Of a stretch of DNA of 32,000 nucleotides, positions 1 through 8,317 are shown piece after piece. Position 1 is the first letter of the stretch; the number at the start of each line of letters is the position of its first letter. The stretch covers positions 24,729 to 56,728 of the forward strand of contig CAZHYN010000005.1 in NCBI GenBank assembly GCA_964536865.1. Direction: 5' to 3'. Position numbers and translations under genes: made by a program. Source of the stretch: an uncultured Planctomycetia bacterium (GTDB lineage Bacteria; Omnitrophota; Gorgyraeia; Duberdicusellales; 4484-171). The notes under the pieces are model-generated. The model was not told the origin of the DNA. It did not search any database and worked only from the letters and a program-made list of their open reading frames with translations.

Positions 1-1008
1 TGACTTAAGTTGAGCATAATTTACAAATCCCAAAATATTTGATTTACCCTGAGGGTAATCTTTGGCATAGTCTACTATAGGGGCAAAAATCTCCTCATCC
101 TTCACACAAACATAAGAAAGTACCTCTTCATTTAAAATAGGGATAGGAATTCCTACACCCACAGTTAAAGATACTCCATAACCATATATAGAAGTACCCA
201 CTAAGAAATTAGGTTTCATATTCTTTAAGTCTCCTATCAAAGCTAACGTTCCTGCAGGAAATTTAGGAAGCCCTTGGGAAGTCCTTTCGACGCAAGGGTT
301 ATGCTGAGTTCCCCACCAAGCTACATAGCCAATTCCTCCTCCTAAAAAAACCTTTGTGCCAATACCTATAGTTCTATAATGGGGGTCATTGAGAAGAGGA
401 CTCAGAGCTCCTGCGCTGCAATAGTTAGCATTTCCCAAATTGGGTTTCAACACTCCCATGTAGGTGTAGATAGGTTTATCAGAGGTATTTACTGCAACAT
501 TATAATTCTGGCAACAATTCCTCATATTAAATAGTACTGCTTCGTTCAAATCTTTTATATTGATATATGTCTTCAATTGCTTTCTAGGGTAGCAATCAGT
601 TTCATAAGTCTGTGCTTCTAACAGCAAATCCTTCCCTGAAACTAAATCCTGAATTACATGGCCCCCTCCGTATCTGAACTCTCCAGGATAGATTTTATTC
701 CGAGGATCATCTTCAGGAAGAACAGATGCTCCCAAAAACAAATCCACTGCAGCAAATCCTCCATAACAAGGCACACCTTCCAAAGTTATTTTACCTCCTC
801 CTAACTTTATCCGGGGAGTAGAGTAACCAATATTAAAGTATATCCCACTAGAACACATAGGAGCAAAGGTGGCTGTGGTAACTACATCTACAAGATCTAC
901 TGATTTTTTCAAACCATGTTTATCTACAAAACCTACTATCTCCTCAGCAGTAAGTACAACTACTTCTCCTCTTCTAATCTTTTCATTTATCTCTTTTATC
1001 GTCTTCAT
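1..1008 (-). CDS. COG1900/DUF39 homocysteine-biosynthesis (sulfur-incorporation) protein. First 336 codons only; the 3' end runs off the window.
   Basis: Absent from the ORF track because there is no stop codon inside the window. Manual translation from the ATG at 1008..1006 gives [61 protein letters not shown]..., open and in frame down to base 1. The DVVTT-TF-PMCSSG block is the motif I associate with the DUF39/COG1900 (MA1821/MJ0100-type) family. The ATG overlaps the cysE stop (TAATG). Confidence 0.75.
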   Translation of the reverse strand, partial: MKTIKEINEKIRRGEVVVLTAEEIVGFVDKHGLKKSVDLVDVVTTATFAPMCSSGIYFNIGYSTPRIKLGGGKITLEGVPCYGGFAAVDLFLGASVLPEDDPRNKIYPGEFRYGGGHVIQDLVSGKDLLLEAQTYETDCYPRKQLKTYINIKDLNEAVLFNMRNCCQNYNVAVNTSDKPIYTYMGVLKPNLGNANYCSAGALSPLLNDPHYRTIGIGTKVFLGGGIGYVAWWGTQHNPCVERTSQGLPKFPAGTLALIGDLKNMKPNFLVGTSIYGYGVSLTVGVGIPIPILNEEVLSYVCVKDEEIFAPIVDYAKDYPQGKSNILGFVNYAQLKS

Positions 1009-1643
1009 TACCCTACTTTTTTCTCTAAATCCTCTATTCTTTTCTCTAATCTATGTAGAACTTCAATAACTGGATCCGGTAATTTATTATGATCCAAATC
1101 CACTCCACTTACCTTCTTAGGTGCACGAGATACAACAACTCTTCCCGGAACTCCTACCACCGTAGCACCTTCAGGAACATCATTTATAACTACTGATCCT
1201 GCACCAACCTTAGCTCCATCCCCCACTTTTATAGGACCAAGAAGCACTGCCCTTGCTCCAATTACTACCCTATTACCTATAGTAGGATGACGCTTTACTT
1301 TCTCTCTGGAAACCCCTCCTAACACTACTCCCTGATAAATTAAAACATCATCCCCAATCTCTGCAGTCTCTCCAATCACAACTCCCATACCATGATCAAT
1401 AAAAAACCGTCTACCAATCTTAGCTCCTGGGTGGATTTCTACTCCCGTTAAGAATCTACCTATATGAGAAATAAGTCTAGCTAGGGTCTTAAAACCCTTA
1501 ACCCAGAGCCAATGAGCTATCCTATACATCCAAATAGCATGAAGACCAGGGTAACATAAGAAAATCTCAACAGGAGTCCTTGCTGCAGGATCTTCCCTGA
1601 AGGCAGTATGTATATCTTCTCTAATCGTAGCAATGATACTCAT
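1008..1643 (-). CDS. cysE: Serine O-acetyltransferase
   Basis: 211 aa. N-terminal [30 protein letters not shown], then [44 protein letters not shown] hexapeptide repeats, which is the classic CysE architecture. Confidence 0.9.
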   Translation of the reverse strand: MSIIATIREDIHTAFREDPAARTPVEIFLCYPGLHAIWMYRIAHWLWVKGFKTLARLISHIGRFLTGVEIHPGAKIGRRFFIDHGMGVVIGETAEIGDDVLIYQGVVLGGVSREKVKRHPTIGNRVVIGARAVLLGPIKVGDGAKVGAGSVVINDVPEGATVVGVPGRVVVSRAPKKVSGVDLDHNKLPDPVIEVLHRLEKRIEDLEKKVG

Positions 1644-1648
1644 CAGAA

Positions 1649-1732
1649 TTAGCCAAGACAGGGTTTTCTTCCTTTATTCTTCTTCCTTCTTCTTCTCCAG
1701 GAAAGTTTTCTTCGTCTCTTTCTTCTCCCCAT
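1649..1732 (-). CDS. Candidate 27-aa Arg/Lys-rich upstream ORF ([27 protein letters not shown]) in the cysE leader
   Basis: ATG at 1732..1730 is preceded by AAGGA six nt upstream. The TAA at 1651..1649 lies 5 nt before the cysE ATG, which has no SD of its own. The ORF sits inside an ~85-nt polypurine tract (minus sense), so it could be a compositional accident. Confidence 0.2.
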   Translation of the reverse strand: MGRRKRRRKLSWRRRRKKNKGRKPCLG

Positions 1733-1753
1733 AGTTTATCCTTATAGAAAAAT

Positions 1754-1782
1754 AAAATAATAGATATTGGATAGGTTGTCAA
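1754..1782 (-). promoter_or_regulatory. Candidate sigma70-type promoter for the cysE operon
   Basis: Minus-sense TTGACA (1782..1777), 17-nt spacer, TATTTT (1759..1754). It lies just downstream of the stop of the preceding gene and about 20 nt upstream of the candidate uORF. Confidence 0.35.
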
Positions 1783-1792
1783 TTGTTTTATT

Positions 1793-4700
1793 TCAAGTAG
1801 TGGTAAAGTAAATATCGATACGCCTGACCGCCTGTTCTCTTATTTTATAACTTAGAGGAGGGGTAATAATATCTTTCTTTAAAGAATAAACTCTTTTGCC
1901 ATCGTCAATTTCTATCCTCTCTACTCTTGCTCTGGGAGAATAAGTATCTGTCCTTTTAGGATTATGATAAACTACTAAAGTAGAAGAAAAGAGTTTAAAA
2001 GCAAAAACGTTGGGAGGTAAAGCTATTCTTTCTCTTCCCAAGTTGAAGATACTTTTCTTAGTAGTGAAGAGACTTTCTTTAAGAAGAGGAGAAAATTTAA
2101 GAAATAGTTTATCTTGGTGATCAATAAAAAAAGGTTGTCTCCCTAAACACATTAAAACCCAGATATTTAAAAGTTCCGAAGTTGCTCCTGTAAGTCTTGC
2201 TACAAATCCTTTTCCCCACAAATTGCTATCATAGTAAGCACTACTTACTATAAATGAAGAATTTTCTAAAATGCTTCTTCCATAAATCCTAGGTTCCATA
2301 AAGCAAATAACACAGTGAAAAAAATCATCATAAAACTCATCATACAGTCCATTTTTAATTAATTCTACCAAATATTTATACTCCATATGAAGCCAGATAG
2401 ATTCATTCTCCAACCAACCTGAGGGGAAAACCTTACTTCTCCCTATCTCTAATGGAGAAGAATCCAGAGATAGATTCAGACGATACATCTTAAGTTTTCT
2501 ATCAAAAAGAGTAGTTTTTTTCACTTTTTGATAAATCTGTTTTTCTTTGTTCACTCTTAAGATGTGGACACACCCTTCTAAGAAAAGAGGTAAAGGCTTA
2601 GAGATAACTTTCTTAGGCTTTATATAAGATACGTTTTGGTACTCTTTAATTTCATGGAGAAAGTAAGTAAAGTACAGGCCACTTTTTTTGTCTTTACCCT
2701 TAGCTATACCCAAATTGAGTTTATTTATTGACTCTTTTAAGAATTTACCTATCCTTTCTAAAGAGAGACTTTCCTGTTTACCTTCTAGGCCCCAAAAAGT
2801 TTTTCTTCTAAAGGCCTCTTTTATCCGGTTAGACTTATCCCACCAGAATAGTTCTCTATCAATCTTTCTCTCTCGGTAGCTTAAAAATAAATCTTCCACT
2901 CTATCAAAAAACCATCTTATTTCTTTACATACTCTTACCTTTTTAGTTTCTCTCTTTATTTTCTTTATTGCTTCTACTAAAATCATACAGGCACGTTTAG
3001 TCTCTAAAGTCTCACATAAGGAAGAACCAAAAAGAGCAGGAAGTCCATTTAAGGAGTCACACCATCCAGGTTTATCTGCCTCCATCTCTATCCCTATGCC
3101 TCGAAAGTCTAAGCTGGATAGTTTGTTAAGAATTATACTAAGTAACTTTTCTACAAGATTGGTCTTATAAACCTTACCTCTCCCATAAGCTGTTCTTAAA
3201 AAGTTCCTCAATCTCCTTCGCATGCTAATCATTTTTTTCTTCTCCTCTACTAATTCTAGAGAATTTAACTGATAAACTTTACCATCCTTTAGAAGATACC
3301 GATATTTCCTCTCTTTAACCCTGACTTCATCATCCCAAAACATAAAATTAGTCTTTAAAAATAGTTCGCTAACCTTATCAGGATAAAAATATAAGAAGCT
3401 CTCTATTAAGTCTAAATTATAATGCCAATGGTCAATCCAGAAGCCTTCTCCAAATTTAGCCTGAGGCTCAGTTTTTGCTCTTTCTAATAAAGCACTCACT
3501 AACTCTTCCCATGCTTTCAAATTTATTTTTTTGTCTCTTAAGAAAGTAAAAAATTCCCCCAGATAAAACCCTCTTTTCATCAGGGAAATAAGGCTGTTAT
3601 CTAAAGGAAGAGAGAATCTTCTCAAAATATCTTCTATACTGCTTTTTTTCTCAAAATATAACTTTTCCCCTTTCACCACTAGAGGATTGTAACCATCTAT
3701 CCTAAGAAGATTTAAGAAGTAAATTATATTCTTATCATAAATAGTAGGATTGAAGAATAAATCCATACGACGATTTTGATTAATATCACGATAGTTTCCC
3801 TCTCCTTCACTGAAGTAAGTAGGTAGAATTTTAAACTTGTTATAATCTCTTTCTAAGTCACCGTGTTTCCGAGAGAAGAGATAGCAAACTTTTTTTCTGC
3901 CAAATTTATAAGGGTATCCTCCTCTTAAGATGTTATCTAGATAAGTAGATTTTAGATATTCATTAAACTCGTAAGATGAAGATAAACACCAGGCGTTATC
4001 TTTTATTTTTTCTATTAACTTTGCTCCTTCTTCTCTTTTTTTCTCCAAAAAACTATCATCAATACTCCCTATATTCTTGCTGAGTATGTCTAAATTGAAC
4101 ACTCCTCCTATGAGAGTATAAATAGTAACTTTTTCTTTAGGAGTTAGCTTGGTCCTAAGAAAACAAAATGCGGAGGGACTCCTTCCATAAAGTTTATATC
4201 TTTGAGGAACAGCAAAGTTCCTCCTCAAGAACTTAAAGGGTAAAGAATAGGAAGTATCATAAAGAAATACATCTCTAGGATCAATAATCAGAGGAAGGAA
4301 TCGAATTATCTTATCCCTAGCAAAAGATAGGAAAAAATTTGCACCTTCTATATAGTGAGTATGAGAAGTATCTTTAGGATCTACAGTAAGTCTAAATAAA
4401 GCAATTCTTTTAGAAGCAATATCGGTAATCTCTGACTTCATCCATGCTTCCAAAGTACGAGAAAGATGTTTCAAAAATAAATCTCTGCATCCGAAGGGAA
4501 TTATTTTTGGTAAACCATCGAGTATCTCCAATCGATATTCTTTTCTAGATATATTTTCTATTCTTAAAATCCTAACCAAACTAGCAAAAGGCATAGAAGG
4601 AAGGGTGAAATAACCTACAGAAATATTTATCCCTAAATAGAAATTACTTTCCTCCAGGATTAACTCCGAACTTTTAATAATCATCCTCTCTTTCTTAGGG

Positions 4701-4996
4701 TAACTAAAAGTGAGCTGAAAAGGTTCGTAAAAAGTACCATTTACCTTAACAAATGTTCTAAAACCTATTCTCCCCACCTGTTGGTAAGCCTTATCTGCAG
4801 GAAGGAACTCAAGGATAGAGTGACTTTTATCCTTTATCCCAAAACTTACCACTCCCTGTGCTCGGTTAACATAAAAACACCATAGAGGTATCCCCCATAT
4901 TCCTGAAATAGCAGGTAAAAAGTTGGCAAAAGGTGAACTCCGGTTATACTCCTCTATAATGAATCCAGAATCTTTCTCTAGAAAATACCTACTCAT
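1793..4996 (-). CDS. Large cytoplasmic protein, probably a GH94-superfamily-like (alpha/alpha)6 glycoside phosphorylase or hydrolase. Specificity unknown.
   Basis: 1067 aa with no signal peptide. It has EGNYRDINQNRR (RDINQN encoded at 3773..3790) and ADKPGWCDSLNG (3044..3067). These resemble the RDxxQD and DWND catalytic-acid motifs I recall from cellobiose/chitobiose phosphorylases. The N-terminal PFANFLP..GVVSFG resembles the GH94 N-terminal region. No P-loop or nuclease motif is present. Confidence 0.45.
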   Translation of the reverse strand: MSRYFLEKDSGFIIEEYNRSSPFANFLPAISGIWGIPLWCFYVNRAQGVVSFGIKDKSHSILEFLPADKAYQQVGRIGFRTFVKVNGTFYEPFQLTFSYPKKERMIIKSSELILEESNFYLGINISVGYFTLPSMPFASLVRILRIENISRKEYRLEILDGLPKIIPFGCRDLFLKHLSRTLEAWMKSEITDIASKRIALFRLTVDPKDTSHTHYIEGANFFLSFARDKIIRFLPLIIDPRDVFLYDTSYSLPFKFLRRNFAVPQRYKLYGRSPSAFCFLRTKLTPKEKVTIYTLIGGVFNLDILSKNIGSIDDSFLEKKREEGAKLIEKIKDNAWCLSSSYEFNEYLKSTYLDNILRGGYPYKFGRKKVCYLFSRKHGDLERDYNKFKILPTYFSEGEGNYRDINQNRRMDLFFNPTIYDKNIIYFLNLLRIDGYNPLVVKGEKLYFEKKSSIEDILRRFSLPLDNSLISLMKRGFYLGEFFTFLRDKKINLKAWEELVSALLERAKTEPQAKFGEGFWIDHWHYNLDLIESFLYFYPDKVSELFLKTNFMFWDDEVRVKERKYRYLLKDGKVYQLNSLELVEEKKKMISMRRRLRNFLRTAYGRGKVYKTNLVEKLLSIILNKLSSLDFRGIGIEMEADKPGWCDSLNGLPALFGSSLCETLETKRACMILVEAIKKIKRETKKVRVCKEIRWFFDRVEDLFLSYRERKIDRELFWWDKSNRIKEAFRRKTFWGLEGKQESLSLERIGKFLKESINKLNLGIAKGKDKKSGLYFTYFLHEIKEYQNVSYIKPKKVISKPLPLFLEGCVHILRVNKEKQIYQKVKKTTLFDRKLKMYRLNLSLDSSPLEIGRSKVFPSGWLENESIWLHMEYKYLVELIKNGLYDEFYDDFFHCVICFMEPRIYGRSILENSSFIVSSAYYDSNLWGKGFVARLTGATSELLNIWVLMCLGRQPFFIDHQDKLFLKFSPLLKESLFTTKKSIFNLGRERIALPPNVFAFKLFSSTLVVYHNPKRTDTYSPRARVERIEIDDGKRVYSLKKDIITPPLSYKIREQAVRRIDIYFTTT

Positions 4997-5297
4997 ATGC
5001 TTCTAACACATCTTTTAGAGAGTTAGCTATTTTTACTCCGTTAAACTTATTCTTAACCTCTTTAAGGGAGGAAGAACCCCCTTTCAAGAAGATGCTGTCT
5101 ACCCCTGCTCTTTTAGCTGTCTCCATATCTATATCCATATCCCCTACAAATACTACCTCCTCCTTACTTACTTTTAATTTTTCCATAATTTTGAAAAGAA
5201 TTTCAGGGTGGGGTTTAAGATTATTCACTCTATCGGCACAGAGAAGATAGGCATCTACTAAAGTACCATCCAAATCGAAGATATAAACTTTTTTCAT
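4989..5297 (-). CDS. Minimal HAD-superfamily phosphatase-like protein (phosphoglycolate phosphatase / beta-phosphoglucomutase type) lacking the cap domain and motif II
   Basis: 102 aa. Motif I FDLDGTLVD (residues 7-15) is followed within about 15 residues by the motif III lysine (NLKPHPE) and motif IV (VGDMDIDMETAKRAG). The stop overlaps the ATG of the 1067-aa gene by 8 nt. Confidence 0.6.
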   Translation of the reverse strand: MKKVYIFDLDGTLVDAYLLCADRVNNLKPHPEILFKIMEKLKVSKEEVVFVGDMDIDMETAKRAGVDSIFLKGGSSSLKEVKNKFNGVKIANSLKDVLEAYE

Positions 5298-5890
5298 CCT
5301 TCAAGTTTCCCAGGATTAAGAACTCCTCCCGAAACAATGAAACGAAGGGCTTCCTCAACTCCTATATCCAAGAATATAACTTCTTCTTTAGGAACAATGA
5401 TAGTAAATCCTGTAAGGGGTGAGGGTGAAGAAGGGATAAAAATGTTAAAAGATTTTTTCTGGGGATTTACCTGTAATTCCTCGAGAGTATCGTTGGTGAT
5501 AAATCCCATAGAATAAATACCTTTGCGAGGATACTCTACTAAAACTACCTTCCTAAACTTTTCCTTAGGTTCAAAAAACATAAACTCTACCACCCTCTTC
5601 ACAGGAAGATATATCTTATTAGCTAAAGGAAGTTTTGAGAAAACTTTATCTACCCAACGAAGAACTCTCATGCGAGAGAGACGGACAAAAACTCCTAAGA
5701 GAAGTATTATACCTACAGTTATGATCAAACCTAATCCAGGAATTCTATATCCAAGGTAAGCCTCTATATAGCGATTGAGAAACTTTCCTAGAATACCATC
5801 AGTAAATCGGAATAAACCTACAATCACGTAAACAGTAACTACCAACGGTACTACTGCTGTAAGCCCTAAAATAAAAAGTCTTCTTAACAT
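5294..5890 (-). CDS. DUF502 (COG2928) family membrane protein
   Basis: 198 aa. Two N-terminal TM helices (GLTAVVPLVVTVYVIVGLF, GLGLIITVGIILLLGVFV), followed by YPRKGIYSMGFIT and IPSSPSPLTGFTIIVPKEEV, typical of DUF502. Confidence 0.7.
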   Translation of the reverse strand: MLRRLFILGLTAVVPLVVTVYVIVGLFRFTDGILGKFLNRYIEAYLGYRIPGLGLIITVGIILLLGVFVRLSRMRVLRWVDKVFSKLPLANKIYLPVKRVVEFMFFEPKEKFRKVVLVEYPRKGIYSMGFITNDTLEELQVNPQKKSFNIFIPSSPSPLTGFTIIVPKEEVIFLDIGVEEALRFIVSGGVLNPGKLEG

Positions 5891-6438
5891 TTCTTTCTTA
5901 AAAATTTAATAGAAAGAGAAGAAGCGATAAAAATTTTCACGAGGTCCCCAAATATAAAGGGTAAGACTCCTATAGCTAAAGCCTTCCTAAGAGTGATACC
6001 CAAGAGAGACTTTAACCATAGAACCCCTGAAAGATATATCCATAGATTAATGCAAAAGAATAAAAGACATAAAGTACCAAAGGAGATATTCTGATAACTC
6101 AATCTTCTCAAAAGAGGAGAGAAGATTAAACTGGCACTAAGAAAACCTACTAAGTATCCTCCCGTAGGGCCAAAAATGTAACTGAACCCTCCCCCCCCAC
6201 TAAAAAAAGGCCAACCCAGAAGACCTAAACCGATATATAGACTTATACAGTAGATTGAATTTTCTTTAAGAACAGCTATAGCTAAAAACAATACCAGTGT
6301 CTGAAAAGTAATAGGTACAGGAGTAAAAGGAAGTGGAATTTTAGCTTTAGAAGATATTACAAAAAGAAAAGTAAAAGAAAATATAAGGAAGAGATTCCAA
6401 ACTAATCCTATACGACAAGCTCTTACAGACAATCTCAT
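5884..6438 (-). CDS. bioY: Biotin transporter S-component BioY
   Basis: 184 aa. TPVPITFQTLVLFLAIAVL, then GGGGFSYIFGPTGGYLVGFLSA, the conserved BioY blocks. Confidence 0.85.
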   Translation of the reverse strand: MRLSVRACRIGLVWNLFLIFSFTFLFVISSKAKIPLPFTPVPITFQTLVLFLAIAVLKENSIYCISLYIGLGLLGWPFFSGGGGFSYIFGPTGGYLVGFLSASLIFSPLLRRLSYQNISFGTLCLLFFCINLWIYLSGVLWLKSLLGITLRKALAIGVLPFIFGDLVKIFIASSLSIKFLRKKC

Positions 6439-6453
6439 AACTATCTCCCACTC

Positions 6454-7023
6454 TTAACTAAGCATCTTCAAGGTAAAAGCACTCACTAAGGGAATCGAAA
6501 TATTATCATCTACATAGGGTATCAATTCTACCACGGAAGCAAGAAAAGATGAAGAGAAAATTGCCAGCCAACTAATTTTGAACTTAGCCATCTTACATAC
6601 TAAACCTATAAATAAACAGGTCAAAAAGAATGTAAATGTACCTTCTAAAGTCTTATTTCTAATCAATCTGACTCTCCCCCAGTAAAAGCCTACCAGCCCA
6701 GATGATGCATCAGAGAATATTAGAAAAGCAAGAGAAATTATAGCAATATCTTTAGGAAAAAAAAGAATCGTTAGAAACATAACTAAGAAGAATATTGTGG
6801 TAGAAGAAAGAAATTTTTTCTCTTCATTTTTTAGAAAGGATGAAAACATTTCAAATATTTTTTCGTTAATCTCCGGTCTCTTAAATCTTAAATACTCTAA
6901 GAAGAAAAGGGGAATCAAAAATATACTCAATACTCCAAGCGTGAGTTTCCGAGAAGTGTAAAAATAAAGAATAATAAAAGAAAAAGAGAAAAGGCGATAG
7001 ATCTTTCTATGGATGAGACTCAT
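6454..7023 (-). CDS. COG0170 / CTP-transferase-1 family membrane protein (dolichol/phytol/polyprenol kinase-like, CdsA-related)
   Basis: 189 aa, polytopic. SDASSGLVGFYWGRVRLIRNKTLEGTFTFF corresponds to the GDxxAxxxGxxxGxxK..KS/TxEG block. C-terminal VELIPYVDDNISIPL corresponds to the E....DN..IP block. Confidence 0.6.
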   Translation of the reverse strand: MSLIHRKIYRLFSFSFIILYFYTSRKLTLGVLSIFLIPLFFLEYLRFKRPEINEKIFEMFSSFLKNEEKKFLSSTTIFFLVMFLTILFFPKDIAIISLAFLIFSDASSGLVGFYWGRVRLIRNKTLEGTFTFFLTCLFIGLVCKMAKFKISWLAIFSSSFLASVVELIPYVDDNISIPLVSAFTLKMLS

Positions 7024-7331
7024 TTAGTAATTAGTGTGCTCCCCTCTGTTTTCAGGCTCTGCCATTCTTCTTCAGTAAGACATTTTATTTTTTTAGCATA
7101 CTCATCTAAAAATTTAGCAATCTCCCCTTTTAAGATTTGATCAGCACTCTCATGAGTAGGATGAACATGACAGGTAGCTACTGCTTCTCTTAAAATGTGA
7201 GGATTGTCTATAATCATACAGGGGGTAAGAAGGTTTCTTGAAATAAGATTCTCCTTAGAAAAGTACGGAAGATTAGCAATTATTCTTTTAACTGCCTGTC
7301 CAGCTACAAACTGCTTTATACGAGAAACCAT
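7020..7331 (-). CDS. Hypothetical 103-aa protein, family not recognised
   Basis: Long ORF with SD-like GGTGAGAGGAAG directly upstream. Its stop overlaps the start of the next gene (ATGA type). Contains a CHVHPTHE patch. I recall no matching motif. Confidence 0.55.
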   Translation of the reverse strand: MVSRIKQFVAGQAVKRIIANLPYFSKENLISRNLLTPCMIIDNPHILREAVATCHVHPTHESADQILKGEIAKFLDEYAKKIKCLTEEEWQSLKTEGSTLITK

Positions 7332-7338
7332 CTTCCTC

Positions 7339-8244
7339 TCACCTTCTTCCTAAGAAGAAAAAAAAGATTTTCCTTCTTCGATATTTCTTTACTATTTTAA
7401 TAAATTCATCCTTTTTGGCAAGCGTTTCTTTCTCCCCCATCTCTATAAGATCCTCTGCCTTATCGAAATCAGTCCATTTAAAAGGAGCATGAGGAAAGGA
7501 AATAAGAAAATCGACTTCTTTTATAGTCTCCTCAAGGATCTTCTTATACCTTATTCTATCTACCATAAACATAACCTCTACTGCATTTTTAGCCTCTTGA
7601 TGAGAAATCCAAGCCGACTCCAGAGTTACCCCTACAATAAAATCAACTTTCTTCCTCAACAAAAGTGAAGGCACTGGGGCAAGGATTCCTCCGTCTACTA
7701 AAAGCTTCTCCTTCATCTTTAAAGGGGGGAAAAATCCCGGAAGACTACAAGAAGCCATTACTGCCTTATATAGAAACCCTCTTTCTAAAGATAATAACTC
7801 TCCCTTCATTAGGTCCACCGCCGAACACTGAAAGGAAATTTTACACTCATTGAAGGTAGCTAACCCTAACAGTTCTTTAAACACTCTCAGGAAAGGCTTA
7901 GGATTAACTAGGTAGGGTTTTATTATCCTAAGGTTCCATAAATAGATCTCTTTTACAAAATCAAAGGATTTCTCTAAGAACAATCTTTTTTCTTCTACAT
8001 CGGAAGATCCACTATAACTCTTTAAAACTTCGATTTCTTTTTTATACTTATTCAGAATGGCTAGAGTCAACTCCTCTACTTTCTTAGCGTCTAGGTGGAG
8101 GGCGTAGAGAGCACCTATTAAAGCTCCTATAGAAGTTCCACTGATAGAATGGATTTTTATTCCTAAAGAGGTTAGAGCTTTTAATACGCCGATGTGGAAG
8201 AAACCTTTCGCACCCCCTCCTCCCAAAGCTAAACCTATTCTCAT
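7339..8244 (-). CDS. Patatin-like phospholipase (RssA-like)
   Basis: 301 aa. GGGGAKG oxyanion motif, GTSIG nucleophile elbow (GxSxG) and VDGG (the DGA/G catalytic Asp motif). Confidence 0.85.
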   Translation of the reverse strand: MRIGLALGGGGAKGFFHIGVLKALTSLGIKIHSISGTSIGALIGALYALHLDAKKVEELTLAILNKYKKEIEVLKSYSGSSDVEEKRLFLEKSFDFVKEIYLWNLRIIKPYLVNPKPFLRVFKELLGLATFNECKISFQCSAVDLMKGELLSLERGFLYKAVMASCSLPGFFPPLKMKEKLLVDGGILAPVPSLLLRKKVDFIVGVTLESAWISHQEAKNAVEVMFMVDRIRYKKILEETIKEVDFLISFPHAPFKWTDFDKAEDLIEMGEKETLAKKDEFIKIVKKYRRRKIFFFFLGRR

Positions 8245-8262
8245 ATTAAATATTAAATCAAA

Positions 8263-8307
8263 ATAAAAAGAGCAGACCCTTCATCCCTAAGAGCCTGCTC
8301 TAAAAAA
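8263..8307 (-). terminator. Rho-independent terminator after the small membrane-protein gene (bidirectional in shape)
   Basis: Minus sense: AGCAGGCTCTT (8299..8289), loop AGGGATG, AAGGGTCTGCT (8281..8271). This is an 11-bp stem with two G.U pairs, followed by CTTTTTATTTT and preceded by an A-run. Confidence 0.65.
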
Positions 8308-8317
8308 TACCTACTTT

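Noticed and set aside
1644-1740. SAM/S-box or other riboswitch in the cysE leader
   Set aside because: The tract is nearly pure purine on the transcribed strand, so it cannot form the multi-stem junction of known S-box/SAM riboswitches. I found no convincing complementary segments.
7339-8244. Patatin-like phospholipase as a CBASS/defence effector
   Set aside because: No cyclase, CD-NTase, sensor or other defence gene is adjacent. The gene sits in a housekeeping-looking membrane operon and has the compact RssA-like architecture.
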